From contig JBMOGR010000014.1 in the NCBI GenBank assembly GCA_049318265.1, forward strand, positions 1-64,000: a stretch of DNA of 64,000 bases. Reading direction: 5' to 3'. The position numbers and the translations under genes were made by a program. Below the pieces are notes generated by a model, which worked only from the letters and a program-made list of their open reading frames with translations, made no database searches and was not told the origin of the DNA. This document shows, piece after piece, positions 46,785 through 56,696 of the stretch. How positions within the stretch are numbered: position 1 is the first letter of the stretch; every line of letters starts with the position of its first letter. The stretch is from Bacteriovoracaceae bacterium (GTDB lineage: Bacteria; Bdellovibrionota; Bacteriovoracia; Bacteriovoracales; Bacteriovoracaceae).

Positions 46785-47436
46785 TCGAAATTATTTTTCG
46801 TGGTGTTTTGGCTAAGATTTTCAGATAAAGCTCGCGGTCTAAATCATCTTCACCATCAAGATATCTTTTCACATCTTCAAGTGAATCATTACCCCAAAAC
46901 ATTTCACTTTCATTAACTAATAATGTTGGGACACCAAAGGAACCTACGGCAATCGCTCTATTGGTATTTTCTTTCACCGCATTTTTGACTGATTTTTCAT
47001 AACATTGATCCATCAATTCTTTTGCTGGTAGTCCTGCATTTCTTAAGGCGACTTCCAATTCTTCGGGACTTCCTAAATCAATTCCTTCTTCCCAGCCTGC
47101 TTTCCAAAAACAGTCGATCACTTTGGTCTGCAATGTACCTGAGCATTCTAAAGTGGCAAGTCTTAAGGCATAGAGGGGATTAAAAGGATGAGTTTTAGGA
47201 CAAAGAAAATTCCAACCTTTTCTTTTAGCATAGCGTAGGCAGTTTTTATAAAGATACTCTCGTTTGGGATCTATTTCTCCAGGGCCTTTCATGCCATGAT
47301 GATTTAAAATAGAACCTAAGATTACAGGATAGTAATGAATCTGAACTTCGGTCCCCAAGCTCCCGGATTGTAAATTCTTCCATGCGAAGAAAGAGAATGG
47401 TGAGAGGAAATCGAAGTAAAAATCTATTTTGTTCAT
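46777..47436 (-). CDS. DsbA-like thioredoxin-fold protein, 2-hydroxychromene-2-carboxylate isomerase family
   Basis: N-terminal IDFYFDFLSPFSFFAWKNL is typical of the HCCA isomerase / GST-kappa family. Confidence 0.55.
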   Translation of the reverse strand: MNKIDFYFDFLSPFSFFAWKNLQSGSLGTEVQIHYYPVILGSILNHHGMKGPGEIDPKREYLYKNCLRYAKRKGWNFLCPKTHPFNPLYALRLATLECSGTLQTKVIDCFWKAGWEEGIDLGSPEELEVALRNAGLPAKELMDQCYEKSVKNAVKENTNRAIAVGSFGVPTLLVNESEMFWGNDSLEDVKRYLDGEDDLDRELYLKILAKTPRKIISIT

Positions 47437-47466
47437 AATGAGAGTCTAGATAATTTTATTGAAGGT

Positions 47467-48885
47467 GTGAAGATGAACTTAGGTATTTTCTTGTTATTCT
47501 CCTTTTTTTTATTTTCATGCAGTCAAAATGAAGTGACAAAAGTCTCTGGCAAAAAAGAAGACGGATTGAAGCAGATGACTTTTTCATGGACTAAAAAAAG
47601 TGAAAGTGATTGGACTAAGGAGTACGGTTTTAAAAAGCAAGACGTAGGTTTCATTCTTTTTGATCCGCAAAAAAAGAAAGTTTTGAAGTCAGCTGAAGCC
47701 AACCAAGCCTTTACACCAGCATCTGTCATGAAAATCTTAACGGCGAATTATACTCTTTGGAAATATCCACCAGATCATCGTTTTGTGACAACTATTAAAA
47801 GTGATGGTGAACTAAAAGGAGATGTCTTTACCGGGGACCTTTATCTGGTGGGCGGTGGAGATCCACTTTTAATGAGCAATCATCTCATGGAATTATGTGT
47901 AAACTTACGAACCAAGATTAAAACACTGAAAGGAAATTTTTATTTTGATGAATCACTTTTTACACCACAACTTGCGATTGAGAATTCTCAAGCCGATGAA
48001 GATAGTTACAATGCACCTTTATCTCCTTTATCAAGTGACTTCAATCTGTTCCAATTTCATTACCGCTACAACACAAGTGATAATTCCTTAGAATATTTTT
48101 ATTTTCCTGATGGTGGTCAAAAATTTTCATTGGCCCGTTCTAGAGATGGTGGTTCATGGGATGCGCTTGATTTGGATCACACTCAGTGGTTAGTTCCAAT
48201 GCTCAAAGGTTCAGGAAAAGAAAATTTACCCCTGCGCCAAGCAGGCCTTGCTACCGCTATGAAGTTACAAAATTTTTGTGGAAAATTAGGTTTAATCTTG
48301 CCTTCTCCCATAGCCAAGATAACCCCAGATAAAGCGCCCATTTGGTCACATCATCGTAGTATTCCATTGACGGAAATCATAACGCTCGGGATGGAATATT
48401 CCAATAATTTGGTGTTTGAAAGTCTGCTGCTTTATACATCAGGAAAAAGTACTTTGAGTGAAGCAGCCAGTAGCATGGCCAATTTCTACAAAGAAAAAAT
48501 CAAAGTGATAGAAGAAAGTAAAATTCAAATGGTCAATGGATCAGGACTTTCTCATGAAAATAAATTAAGCCCTCATTATTTATTAGAAGTCTTAAAGCTT
48601 TGGGGAGATGAAGCACTTTCATTCATGCCCATTTCAGGAGTCAAGGGAACACTTGGACATCGTCTCTTTGAGCCACCAATGAGTATGAGTACTTGGGCGA
48701 AAACAGGTACCATGGATTATGTTTCATCATTAGCAGGAACGCTCTTTACAAAGAAAGGAAAAAAATTGCAATTTGTCATTATGGTGAATAATAAATCGAA
48801 CCTTACTTTTTCAAAAGACACTTTCAAAGATAAAGCAAAAAAGTTACAGGATGATTTGGTTGAACTTTGGTGGCACGAAAATTAA
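47467..48885 (+). CDS. dacB: D-alanyl-D-alanine carboxypeptidase/endopeptidase (peptidase S13, PBP4-like)
   Basis: Lipobox-like signal. SxxK active-site motif in FTPASVMKILTANYTL. Typical length for S13. Confidence 0.65.
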   Translation: MKMNLGIFLLFSFFLFSCSQNEVTKVSGKKEDGLKQMTFSWTKKSESDWTKEYGFKKQDVGFILFDPQKKKVLKSAEANQAFTPASVMKILTANYTLWKYPPDHRFVTTIKSDGELKGDVFTGDLYLVGGGDPLLMSNHLMELCVNLRTKIKTLKGNFYFDESLFTPQLAIENSQADEDSYNAPLSPLSSDFNLFQFHYRYNTSDNSLEYFYFPDGGQKFSLARSRDGGSWDALDLDHTQWLVPMLKGSGKENLPLRQAGLATAMKLQNFCGKLGLILPSPIAKITPDKAPIWSHHRSIPLTEIITLGMEYSNNLVFESLLLYTSGKSTLSEAASSMANFYKEKIKVIEESKIQMVNGSGLSHENKLSPHYLLEVLKLWGDEALSFMPISGVKGTLGHRLFEPPMSMSTWAKTGTMDYVSSLAGTLFTKKGKKLQFVIMVNNKSNLTFSKDTFKDKAKKLQDDLVELWWHEN

Positions 48886-49988
48886 GCTTTTCCCCAGAAA
48901 AGCTTATATAGAGCAGGTAATAATTCGAAGGCAATAAGAACGATAATAATAACCTCTGAAGCCTGAGCTCTCCGAGCATGGATTTCACCTTGAAGTACTT
49001 TTGACACTTCTGCTAAATTTCCAAGCTTAGAATTGATATTATTTAACCAATCATTAAATCGAAAACGACTTGAAGCCGCACGGAAAATTGTTGCCAAGTA
49101 GAAATCACCTACTACTTTAAAAGAGTTCTCAATTGTTTCGATAATTTCTGAAAGTTCTAAATATGTTTGTCCAGCTTCCTTCGCTAATTTTGAATAAGGA
49201 TCGCTTAAGAGTCCGGTATTTTTGTTTTCAATTGAGTTATAAAGGGTCGCTAATTTTTGATCTAGAATATCGTCGTAATAACGCATTTCTAGTAATTGGG
49301 TCAGAGCAAATTCAATGACGTCGGGTAAATCCATTGAGCCCGAAGGTTCAACCACTAAAGCTGAGTTCCAGTCTATAACGGCCATGTCACTTTTAGAGTA
49401 CTGAAATGTCATCTCATGCACATTTTTTTTTATTGATTCTGAGAGCTCTTCTTTTACTTCAGCCAAAATAAGTGATGGGATGTCTGCCTTATCTTTTAGA
49501 TCTCGTAAATTATCGATACCATCCATTTTTTCAATGAAGTAAATGACGTAATCTTCGTAAGTATCCCATTCACTGGTTTTTTTCATGGCGGAAGTAGAAG
49601 TAAGTGTGAATTCACGAGCCTTATTCCGTGCAATCGTATCAAGGGTCGTAGCATTCTCAAAAAGGTGAGAAAGTTCGATTAGTTGTGCCCAATCAGTTCC
49701 TGGTGGAATATTATATTGAAGAGTGAAAGAAAGTGTTCCATAGGTCCATACTTTGGCAATAATTTCAAAGCAAAATATCTGCCCATTGATCTCAATTTTC
49801 TCTTCCCCCATAGCAAGACTTAGTGGGGCATCACTAATGACGATGGCTTTTCTAAAATCACGATTTAGCTTAAAGCGTTCAGCTTTTTCTTTCAGTATAT
49901 TTTCTAATTTAACTAAATTAATTTCTTCACCGATGTCGAAGACTCGGTAAATGAGTATTTTGCCTTTATCGATCGACAGATTACTCAT
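48882..49988 (-). CDS. hypothetical protein with a C-terminal TM anchor (possibly DUF155/RMD1-like)
   Basis: 368 aa with a C-terminal hydrophobic helix VIIIVLIAFELLPALYKLFW. The DUF155 assignment is tentative. Confidence 0.3.
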   Translation of the reverse strand: MSNLSIDKGKILIYRVFDIGEEINLVKLENILKEKAERFKLNRDFRKAIVISDAPLSLAMGEEKIEINGQIFCFEIIAKVWTYGTLSFTLQYNIPPGTDWAQLIELSHLFENATTLDTIARNKAREFTLTSTSAMKKTSEWDTYEDYVIYFIEKMDGIDNLRDLKDKADIPSLILAEVKEELSESIKKNVHEMTFQYSKSDMAVIDWNSALVVEPSGSMDLPDVIEFALTQLLEMRYYDDILDQKLATLYNSIENKNTGLLSDPYSKLAKEAGQTYLELSEIIETIENSFKVVGDFYLATIFRAASSRFRFNDWLNNINSKLGNLAEVSKVLQGEIHARRAQASEVIIIVLIAFELLPALYKLFWGKA

Positions 49989-50886
49989 AGAAAATTGGTC
50001 CAGTAGGAGTTGGGATACTTGTCATATCAAAATAAACTCCTTGGGCCTTGTTTCTAATAAATGCTTCAGTGGCAAAAGGAAAATCACTTTTGCCTTTCTT
50101 AACTAATTTGTGAGTTTTTTTGACCCATTTATTCATCAAACTAGGATCAAAGAAATCGATCCATAGTCCATTTTGATCTCCCTCTTTTGTCCACTTCGAA
50201 TTAAAGGCTACTAACATCTGAGCGATGGTCACTTTTTTTCCTGTTCGTGGTCCACCAACATAACGGTAAGGAACACCAAGTTGAAGTGACCAAGCAGCTT
50301 TCTGTTCTGGAAGGAGAACGCCTGCTACTTCCATTAAACTTGCACCAAAGGCAGAGCAACCAGAGCCTTCTTTATAAAGAGGTCTTTTATCGAGACCACC
50401 ATAAATATCTCCCAATTTGAGATCACGATATTCTTTTAAATAATCAACAACTCTTTCACAAGCATTTTCACTAATTCTCATTTTCAAAATAGCCACACGG
50501 CCACTTTTGTAAAGTGAGCTTAAAGCCCCTTTTACTTCTTCCGTCGATTGAAGCTTTCCTGGTTCTGACCCAATCATCGCTCCTAAGCCCCAGTGAAGTT
50601 TTAGTACACGATCTCGGTCAGCATCAGTTGTTGAGGTCTGACCTGTAAACTCATGAACATTCAATCTTGGACAATTAATTTCTCCATAGACGTGGCCTAT
50701 GGAATAACTTCCACCCAGATTCTTTGGGATTAAGCTGTTTTCGACAGTAGTCTTACTCAAGGTATATGGAGTCGACCAATTTATAGTCTTAGGGGCATGA
50801 ATGAAATAGAGTGTTAGTTCATTCGCAAAAAGTGAAGTGGTGAAGAAAGTAATCCCTAAAAATAGAATGGAAAGGCATTTTTTCAT
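49981..50886 (-). CDS. hypothetical secreted protein
   Basis: Signal peptide MKKCLSILFLGITFFTTSLFA. Confidence 0.4.
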   Translation of the reverse strand: MKKCLSILFLGITFFTTSLFANELTLYFIHAPKTINWSTPYTLSKTTVENSLIPKNLGGSYSIGHVYGEINCPRLNVHEFTGQTSTTDADRDRVLKLHWGLGAMIGSEPGKLQSTEEVKGALSSLYKSGRVAILKMRISENACERVVDYLKEYRDLKLGDIYGGLDKRPLYKEGSGCSAFGASLMEVAGVLLPEQKAAWSLQLGVPYRYVGGPRTGKKVTIAQMLVAFNSKWTKEGDQNGLWIDFFDPSLMNKWVKKTHKLVKKGKSDFPFATEAFIRNKAQGVYFDMTSIPTPTGPIFYE

Positions 50887-50913
50887 TTTGATTTTTTCCT
50901 TTTGATTTATTCC

Positions 50914-51222
50914 TTAAAAATTTAATTTACCTGTGAGAAGTTGCCAGGACATGACGAAGTCTGCTTTTAAGCTGTACCAAGGATATTTGAAAGTCGCAGG
51001 TCTGTTTTTTTCAAAAACAAAATGTCCAACCCATGCAAAACTGTAACCTATTAAGGGGGGCACCCACAATAAATGGTAGGCCCTTATGGTTAAAAACACC
51101 AACAATGTTCCCATCACCAATGTCGTACCTATGAAGTGAAGTGTTCGACAGACACTGTTGCAGTGTTCAGTTAAATAATAGGGATAAAATTGCTGAAAGG
51201 TTTTATACTCTTTTGCATTCAT
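50914..51222 (-). CDS. DUF962 / Mpo1-like membrane protein
   Basis: FQQFYPYYLTEHCNSVCRTLHFIGT and AWVGHFVFEKNRPATFKYP match the YGL010w/Mpo1-like family. The start is at the internal MNAKEY. Confidence 0.55.
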   Translation of the reverse strand: MNAKEYKTFQQFYPYYLTEHCNSVCRTLHFIGTTLVMGTLLVFLTIRAYHLLWVPPLIGYSFAWVGHFVFEKNRPATFKYPWYSLKADFVMSWQLLTGKLNF

Positions 51223-51315
51223 ACAGATAGTATAAATGACTCCGAAATTTTGGAAAATGAAGAAAAAAAAGGGAAGCTTTCGCTTCCCTTTTTGATTCAC
51301 CATTTCTTGAGTAAA

Positions 51316-51699
51316 CTATTTTTTCTTTTTGCTTTTTTCTTGTGATTTTAAAGGAACTGGTGTTTCGGTAGGTGCAGCAGCTGCTTCAACCTCTGTTACA
51401 CTTTTCATGATTTCGCATGATTCTCCGTCACATTTGCCTTCTTTGCATTTTTGACATTCGCCTTCTTTTCCATCACATTTTCCATTGCACTTATCGCCGT
51501 CACAGCACTTGCTGCCTTCTTTTTTCATTTTGCATGAATCGCCTTCACACTTTTTATTATCTTCACATTTTTTATCCCCATCTTTACGAGAACAAGATTG
51601 GCCTTCAGCCTTATCATTGCCTTTACAGCAGTCCTTCTTGTGTGCACAAGCATTGAAGAGAAAAAGTGAGAAGAGAACCAGTAATTGCATAATACGCAT
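51316..51699 (-). CDS. cysteine- and lysine-rich lipoprotein (metallothionein-like low-complexity domain)
   Basis: Strong SD (AAGGAG, 6 nt upstream of the ATG). Lipobox LFNAC. About 20 Cys in about 80 residues with CC, CxxxC and Cx5C spacings, followed by an Ala/Pro/Thr linker and a Lys tail. Confidence 0.6.
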   Translation of the reverse strand: MRIMQLLVLFSLFLFNACAHKKDCCKGNDKAEGQSCSRKDGDKKCEDNKKCEGDSCKMKKEGSKCCDGDKCNGKCDGKEGECQKCKEGKCDGESCEIMKSVTEVEAAAAPTETPVPLKSQEKSKKKK

Positions 51700-51761
51700 A
51701 AAAACTCCTTTAATTAAGATACATTGATTATAAAAGACATACCCGTTATCGGCAAAAGGAT

Positions 51762-53159
51762 TTATTTCCTTATTAAGTGCTTAAAGTGAGACAGATTGGA
51801 AACAACGAAACTAAGAAAGAAAAATGATCCCATTATTAAAAACCACTGTAAGTCAGATTTAAAATAAGGAGCAGAAAAGAGTGATATGGCACTTAATATA
51901 ATTGATATGATCAGGTATCGACGCAAGTCCCTTAGAGGTAATAAAGCAACCAAAGGAATTTCGAGAAGGTCTTTGCTTTTTCTTAAGAAGAAATAGGTGC
52001 GTATAGGTTTTATGATCAAAAAGGCTACTAATGCTCCATAGGCTTGGTAGAAAAAACTTAAAGATAAACAAAGAAACAGACTTATGGGAGCAAAGATGGC
52101 GTTTAATTTGAGAATACTTTTACCGTCGCCTGAACTTCTTAGCAGCAAATCTGGTGGAATGATGAGTGTGAGATAAAAAAGGGAATACATTCTAGTAAAA
52201 AGAATGGCCGCTTCATAACGGGGTCCAAATAACATGAGAATAATAGGCTTTGCAAAAACCATTAATCCCAATGCACCAGGAACATTGAGCAGGGCTATGT
52301 CGCTAACAGCCGATTGATAAATATTGATAATTTCTTTTTTATTAAATTGGTGAAAGTGGGTCGATAACTTTGGTAAAACAACTTTAGTGACAGACTGTTC
52401 TAAAATAAAGAGGGGAGGAATGATTAAACATCCTATACCATAATAAGCAAACATCTCCTTGGTTGCAAAAAATGATAAGATCAATTGATCCGACTTATCG
52501 AGAAAAAAGGAAAGAAGATTACTAAGCGAAACTGGCACAGCATAAGTTAAAATTTCTTTCTTAACTGATTCAATCCAAATCAATTGGTTCTTTTTTTCTT
52601 TAATTAAAAGAAGAAAACCTGTCACAAACTTAAGAGCTAAAACTCCGCCATAAACGATGAATAGACTATTAATACTAAATGCTTGAGAAGCCAATAGTAG
52701 AAACAAAATGGCTTTGATAACTTCAAAACCTGCTAAGACAATCCCGCCACGATCGATTAATCCGATAGCTATAAATAATTCATCAAAATAATTGGTAAGG
52801 ATGAGAAAGAAAGCACAAATAAGGAAAGAAAAGTATTCTAAATTAGTGAAGCCCAAAAACTTAAGTGGAAAGAAAAGTGCTAGACCTAATAGAAAAATGA
52901 CGGCTGCTAGAAGTATATTAAGCGTAAAAGCTTGTTGCAAAAAAACATGACCATTTTCTTTTTTGCCCGCCCATAGAGGTAGTCCACTTGCTATGCCAGA
53001 AGAGAAGGATAGTATGGGCATACTCATAAGATAAAGGAAAAAAATCTTAAAAATTCCTATGTCACTGGGCGGATAGATTCGCACCAGTAAAAGAGGAAGA
53101 AAGATATTAATAATCGAGGCTAAAGTGGAAAAGAAAAATAAGCTAGCATGAGATTGCAT
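51762..53159 (-). CDS. wzx: polysaccharide flippase, Wzx / MOP superfamily
   Basis: 465 aa, about 12-14 TM helices, in a polysaccharide biosynthesis context next to galE. Confidence 0.6.
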   Translation of the reverse strand: MQSHASLFFFSTLASIINIFLPLLLVRIYPPSDIGIFKIFFLYLMSMPILSFSSGIASGLPLWAGKKENGHVFLQQAFTLNILLAAVIFLLGLALFFPLKFLGFTNLEYFSFLICAFFLILTNYFDELFIAIGLIDRGGIVLAGFEVIKAILFLLLASQAFSINSLFIVYGGVLALKFVTGFLLLIKEKKNQLIWIESVKKEILTYAVPVSLSNLLSFFLDKSDQLILSFFATKEMFAYYGIGCLIIPPLFILEQSVTKVVLPKLSTHFHQFNKKEIINIYQSAVSDIALLNVPGALGLMVFAKPIILMLFGPRYEAAILFTRMYSLFYLTLIIPPDLLLRSSGDGKSILKLNAIFAPISLFLCLSLSFFYQAYGALVAFLIIKPIRTYFFLRKSKDLLEIPLVALLPLRDLRRYLIISIILSAISLFSAPYFKSDLQWFLIMGSFFFLSFVVSNLSHFKHLIRK

Positions 53160-54134
53160 CTAGATTTTCTTTTCCCATTCAAATGCTGTCTTAACTATAA
53201 ATTCAAGGTCGTTATACTTAGGTTTCCATCCTAGGACTTCTCGTATTTTTGTGGCTTCTGAAATGAGTGCTGGTGGATCTCCAGGACGTCTGCCAACTTC
53301 TTCAGCATTAAAATCGACCCCAGAAACTTTTTTTACCATCTTGATCACTTCTCTAACACTATATCCTTTTCCATAACCACAGTTTAGAATGTGGCTTTTC
53401 TGATGTTTGTCTAAATAATCAAGGGCATCTAAATGAGCTTGAGCTAAATCTTCTACGTGAATATAATCGCGAACTCCTGAACCATCAGGAGTGTCGAAGT
53501 CTGTACCAAAAATAGCGACTGATGGTCGTTTGCCTAAAGCTGCTTCGCAACTTACTTTGATAAGATGAGTGGCTCCAGGAAAGCTTTGTCCAATTCTTCC
53601 TTTATGATCTGCTCCAGCGACATTGAAATAGCGAAGGGCCACAAAATTAAAATCATGGGCAAAAGCAGCGTCTTTCAACATCCATTCCGTCATTAATTTA
53701 CTTCGACCATATGGATTGATCGGTTCCGTCGGAGATTGTTCAGTCACTTTTTGTTCTGGAGGTATACCGTACACAGCAGCAGTCGAAGAGAAAACAAATT
53801 TTTTCACACCGTGTTTATTACAAAGTGAAATAATTTTTGCGGAGTTAATCGTGTTGTTAGCATAATACTTATTTGGATTACTAACAGACTCAGGAACGAC
53901 AATACTACCAGCAAAATGAATGACGGCATCGATCTCGCCTGTGGCCAAGATCGCTTCAAGCTTTTCCGTTTCCTCAAGATTAAAAACTTTTAGTTCACCA
54001 TGAAGTACATTTTCTTTTTTTCCCGTAGAAAGGTTATCGACAACAATAATTTCACGTCCGGTTTCACCTAGTTTAGCGACTACATGAGAGCCAATATACC
54101 CAGCTCCACCAGTTACTAAAATTTTTTTTGCCAT
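53160..54134 (-). CDS. galE: UDP-glucose 4-epimerase
   Basis: ILVTGGAGYIGSHVV. The SDR catalytic Tyr motif is present in the YxxxK context. The likely start is MAKKIL. Confidence 0.8.
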   Translation of the reverse strand: MAKKILVTGGAGYIGSHVVAKLGETGREIIVVDNLSTGKKENVLHGELKVFNLEETEKLEAILATGEIDAVIHFAGSIVVPESVSNPNKYYANNTINSAKIISLCNKHGVKKFVFSSTAAVYGIPPEQKVTEQSPTEPINPYGRSKLMTEWMLKDAAFAHDFNFVALRYFNVAGADHKGRIGQSFPGATHLIKVSCEAALGKRPSVAIFGTDFDTPDGSGVRDYIHVEDLAQAHLDALDYLDKHQKSHILNCGYGKGYSVREVIKMVKKVSGVDFNAEEVGRRPGDPPALISEATKIREVLGWKPKYNDLEFIVKTAFEWEKKI

Positions 54135-54148
54135 GATCAATTCCTCGT

Positions 54149-55318
54149 ATGTTTTTTCTCGAATATTTACTCTATGATGATACTATCTTTATCATGAATT
54201 TTGTTATTATTTTGTTCAAGCTTTTAGCCTTTTTAGGATTATTTCCACTAGTATACGCCTTTTTACTATATCCGATTATTTTGTTTTTCCTGGCTTTGTT
54301 TTCAAATAAAAAAAAATTAAATTCAATTTCTGATGAAAAGATTGTAGTGAAAAAGGTTAGTTTTTTACTTCCTGCTTTTAATGAAGAAAATCATATCGAA
54401 GACAAACTTAATAATTTACTATCACTGGAAGATTCTTCGTCGAATGTTGAAATCATTGTTGGCAACGATGGTTCAAAAGATAAGACAGCTGTAATTATTG
54501 AGAACTGGATAAAAAAGCATCCAAAGATAAATATCCATTTTATTGATCAAAAGATTAATAGTGGCAAATGGGTCATGTTAAAAAAAATGTTAGAAGTTGC
54601 CAGTGGGGATTACCTCGTTTTCAGCGACATCTCTGCCATTTTACCAAAGAACTTTCTTCAGCATCTCAATGCACAAATGAACGATGATAGTATCGCTGTC
54701 TATGCCCCCACTTATTCCTTTATGGGAAAAACTAAAACCAAGCTTTGGGAAAGACTATATTGGCCATTAGAAAGATTTATACGTCATCATGAAAGCCAAT
54801 GGTTTTCGACCATAGGTGCTCATGGTGCTTGTTATGCTGTAAAAAAAGCATTTATGGTAAAACTTGAGCAGTTAGAAGTTGAAGGTCATGCTCCTATAAA
54901 CGATGATTTTCTAATTCCAACCTTTAGCGCAGCTTTGGCCAATAAAGTAATTCGTTATGATCAAGCGATGCCTGTGATGGAAAAAGATTCACCAAGTTCA
55001 CCTGTGGAGTATAGACGTCGCTTAAGAATCGCCAGAGGTAATTTTGCCATGAACCGCTTTATGACAAATAAACTGCCATGCACTAAATATCCTTATTATT
55101 ATTTTTTGTATCAGTCACATAAAGTAATAAGGTCATTCATCGGACCGCTCAGTTTCTTCAGTTTTCTTTTATTTTCATGCTTAAACTGGGCCGATCTACG
55201 TTATAATTTTTTTGGAATCATTTTTTTGATCCCTTGCCTCCTAATGTCTCCGTTAAGGGCAAGCATACAAATATTCTATTTGGAGAATAGAGGAAAGAAG
55301 CAGCATAGTTGGTTATGA
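54149..55318 (+). CDS. family-2 glycosyltransferase (membrane-anchored)
   Basis: LLPAFNEENHIE...IIVGNDGSKDKT is the GT2 DxD-region signature. N-terminal TM helices. Confidence 0.65.
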   Translation: MFFLEYLLYDDTIFIMNFVIILFKLLAFLGLFPLVYAFLLYPIILFFLALFSNKKKLNSISDEKIVVKKVSFLLPAFNEENHIEDKLNNLLSLEDSSSNVEIIVGNDGSKDKTAVIIENWIKKHPKINIHFIDQKINSGKWVMLKKMLEVASGDYLVFSDISAILPKNFLQHLNAQMNDDSIAVYAPTYSFMGKTKTKLWERLYWPLERFIRHHESQWFSTIGAHGACYAVKKAFMVKLEQLEVEGHAPINDDFLIPTFSAALANKVIRYDQAMPVMEKDSPSSPVEYRRRLRIARGNFAMNRFMTNKLPCTKYPYYYFLYQSHKVIRSFIGPLSFFSFLLFSCLNWADLRYNFFGIIFLIPCLLMSPLRASIQIFYLENRGKKQHSWL

Positions 55319-56691
55319 ATTCAAGTAATATGAAACATCGAATTTTAATCATCGACTTTATTTTCCTCATTTTTGCTTGGGCATTACCTCCTTTTTTCTA
55401 TAAAGAACACTTAACACAGTACCCTCATTTCTTTTTAATTTTATTTCCTGCTGTGATTCAGATATTTTGTTTTTCCATTCTAGGACATTATGATGAACAT
55501 TTGGGCGCGAGGCTTATGTCTCGTAGAAGAATCTTTTTAAATGCCATTGTAAGTTTTGTTATCACCTTTTTTGTTTACAAATTTTTCTCGCTTGCAATCT
55601 ATTCATCTTTTTTTATAAGAGTTAGGTACTACTTTCTCTTTTTTTTCCCTTTCCAGATTTTCATTTATTCAATGTTGTTTTTCTTAAGTTTAAGAAAATC
55701 AAATTTAATCAAAGCTCAAAATATATGTGTTCTTGGTGGTCGAACTGATTTGGAAAGAATGAAAAACTGGTTTGATGAGTTTAAAATTGATAATCAAGAA
55801 TTTGTTATTAAAACTTTAATTGATACAAATGAAGGACAATTAACGAAGATTGAAAACAATGAAATATCAACGATCAACAAAAGTACGAAGCTTTTTGAAA
55901 TCTTAAAAAAACACGATCTTGTTGTCTATTTCACCACTCAAATTTTAGACACTAGAGAAGCAAGAAATCTTCTTCGATTTGGAAGTGAGTCAGGAAGCTT
56001 TTTTGATTTCGGAACCTTTTGTGGATTAACGAGGGAAACTTATCCTGTGGATGCTATCGATACTGAGTGGTACGTAAGAAAATCGACCAATTTGTGGTTG
56101 AAAATCTCTCTCTATTTGCGCTTTAGAAGTATCTTTGATTTCTTGGCCTCAATTTTACTATTAATCTTTACTTTTCCTCTTTGGATTTTTGCTATTTTAG
56201 GTATTGCCTTTACCTCACCAGGACCCATTTTTTATACTCAAGAAAGAATTGGACGCTTAGGAATAAAATTTAAAATTATTAAATTTCGTACTATGACTGT
56301 TGATGCTGAAAAAAGTGGTCCGCAAATGGCAAGTACTGGTGATGCACGTGTAACTGGTATAGGAAGGTTTCTAAGACGTTCTCGAATCGATGAGCTTCCT
56401 CAAATAATAAATGTACTTAAAGGTGAAATGAGTTTGATTGGGCCTAGACCAGAACGAGAACATTTTGAAATGATGCTGAATAAAGATCTACCTTTGCTTC
56501 AATTAAGAAATTTTATCGCCCCTGGAATCACTGGTTTAGCCCAAGTTAATTCTGATTATGCCAATGATGTAAAGTCATACAAAAGAAAACTTGGTCATGA
56601 TCTCTATTATATATTAAACCTATCTCCCTTTTTAGATTTAAGTATATTACTTAGAACAGTTCGCACCGTTTTATTCAAAAAAGGATCTTAG
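55309..56691 (+). CDS. undecaprenyl-phosphate sugar phosphotransferase (WbaP/EpsL-like initiating transferase)
   Basis: C-terminal bacterial sugar transferase domain (PGPIFYTQERIGRLGIKFKIIKFRTM...RIDELPQIINVLKGEMSLIGPRPE). Confidence 0.8.
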   Translation: MVMNSSNMKHRILIIDFIFLIFAWALPPFFYKEHLTQYPHFFLILFPAVIQIFCFSILGHYDEHLGARLMSRRRIFLNAIVSFVITFFVYKFFSLAIYSSFFIRVRYYFLFFFPFQIFIYSMLFFLSLRKSNLIKAQNICVLGGRTDLERMKNWFDEFKIDNQEFVIKTLIDTNEGQLTKIENNEISTINKSTKLFEILKKHDLVVYFTTQILDTREARNLLRFGSESGSFFDFGTFCGLTRETYPVDAIDTEWYVRKSTNLWLKISLYLRFRSIFDFLASILLLIFTFPLWIFAILGIAFTSPGPIFYTQERIGRLGIKFKIIKFRTMTVDAEKSGPQMASTGDARVTGIGRFLRRSRIDELPQIINVLKGEMSLIGPRPEREHFEMMLNKDLPLLQLRNFIAPGITGLAQVNSDYANDVKSYKRKLGHDLYYILNLSPFLDLSILLRTVRTVLFKKGS

Positions 56692-56696
56692 CTTTT

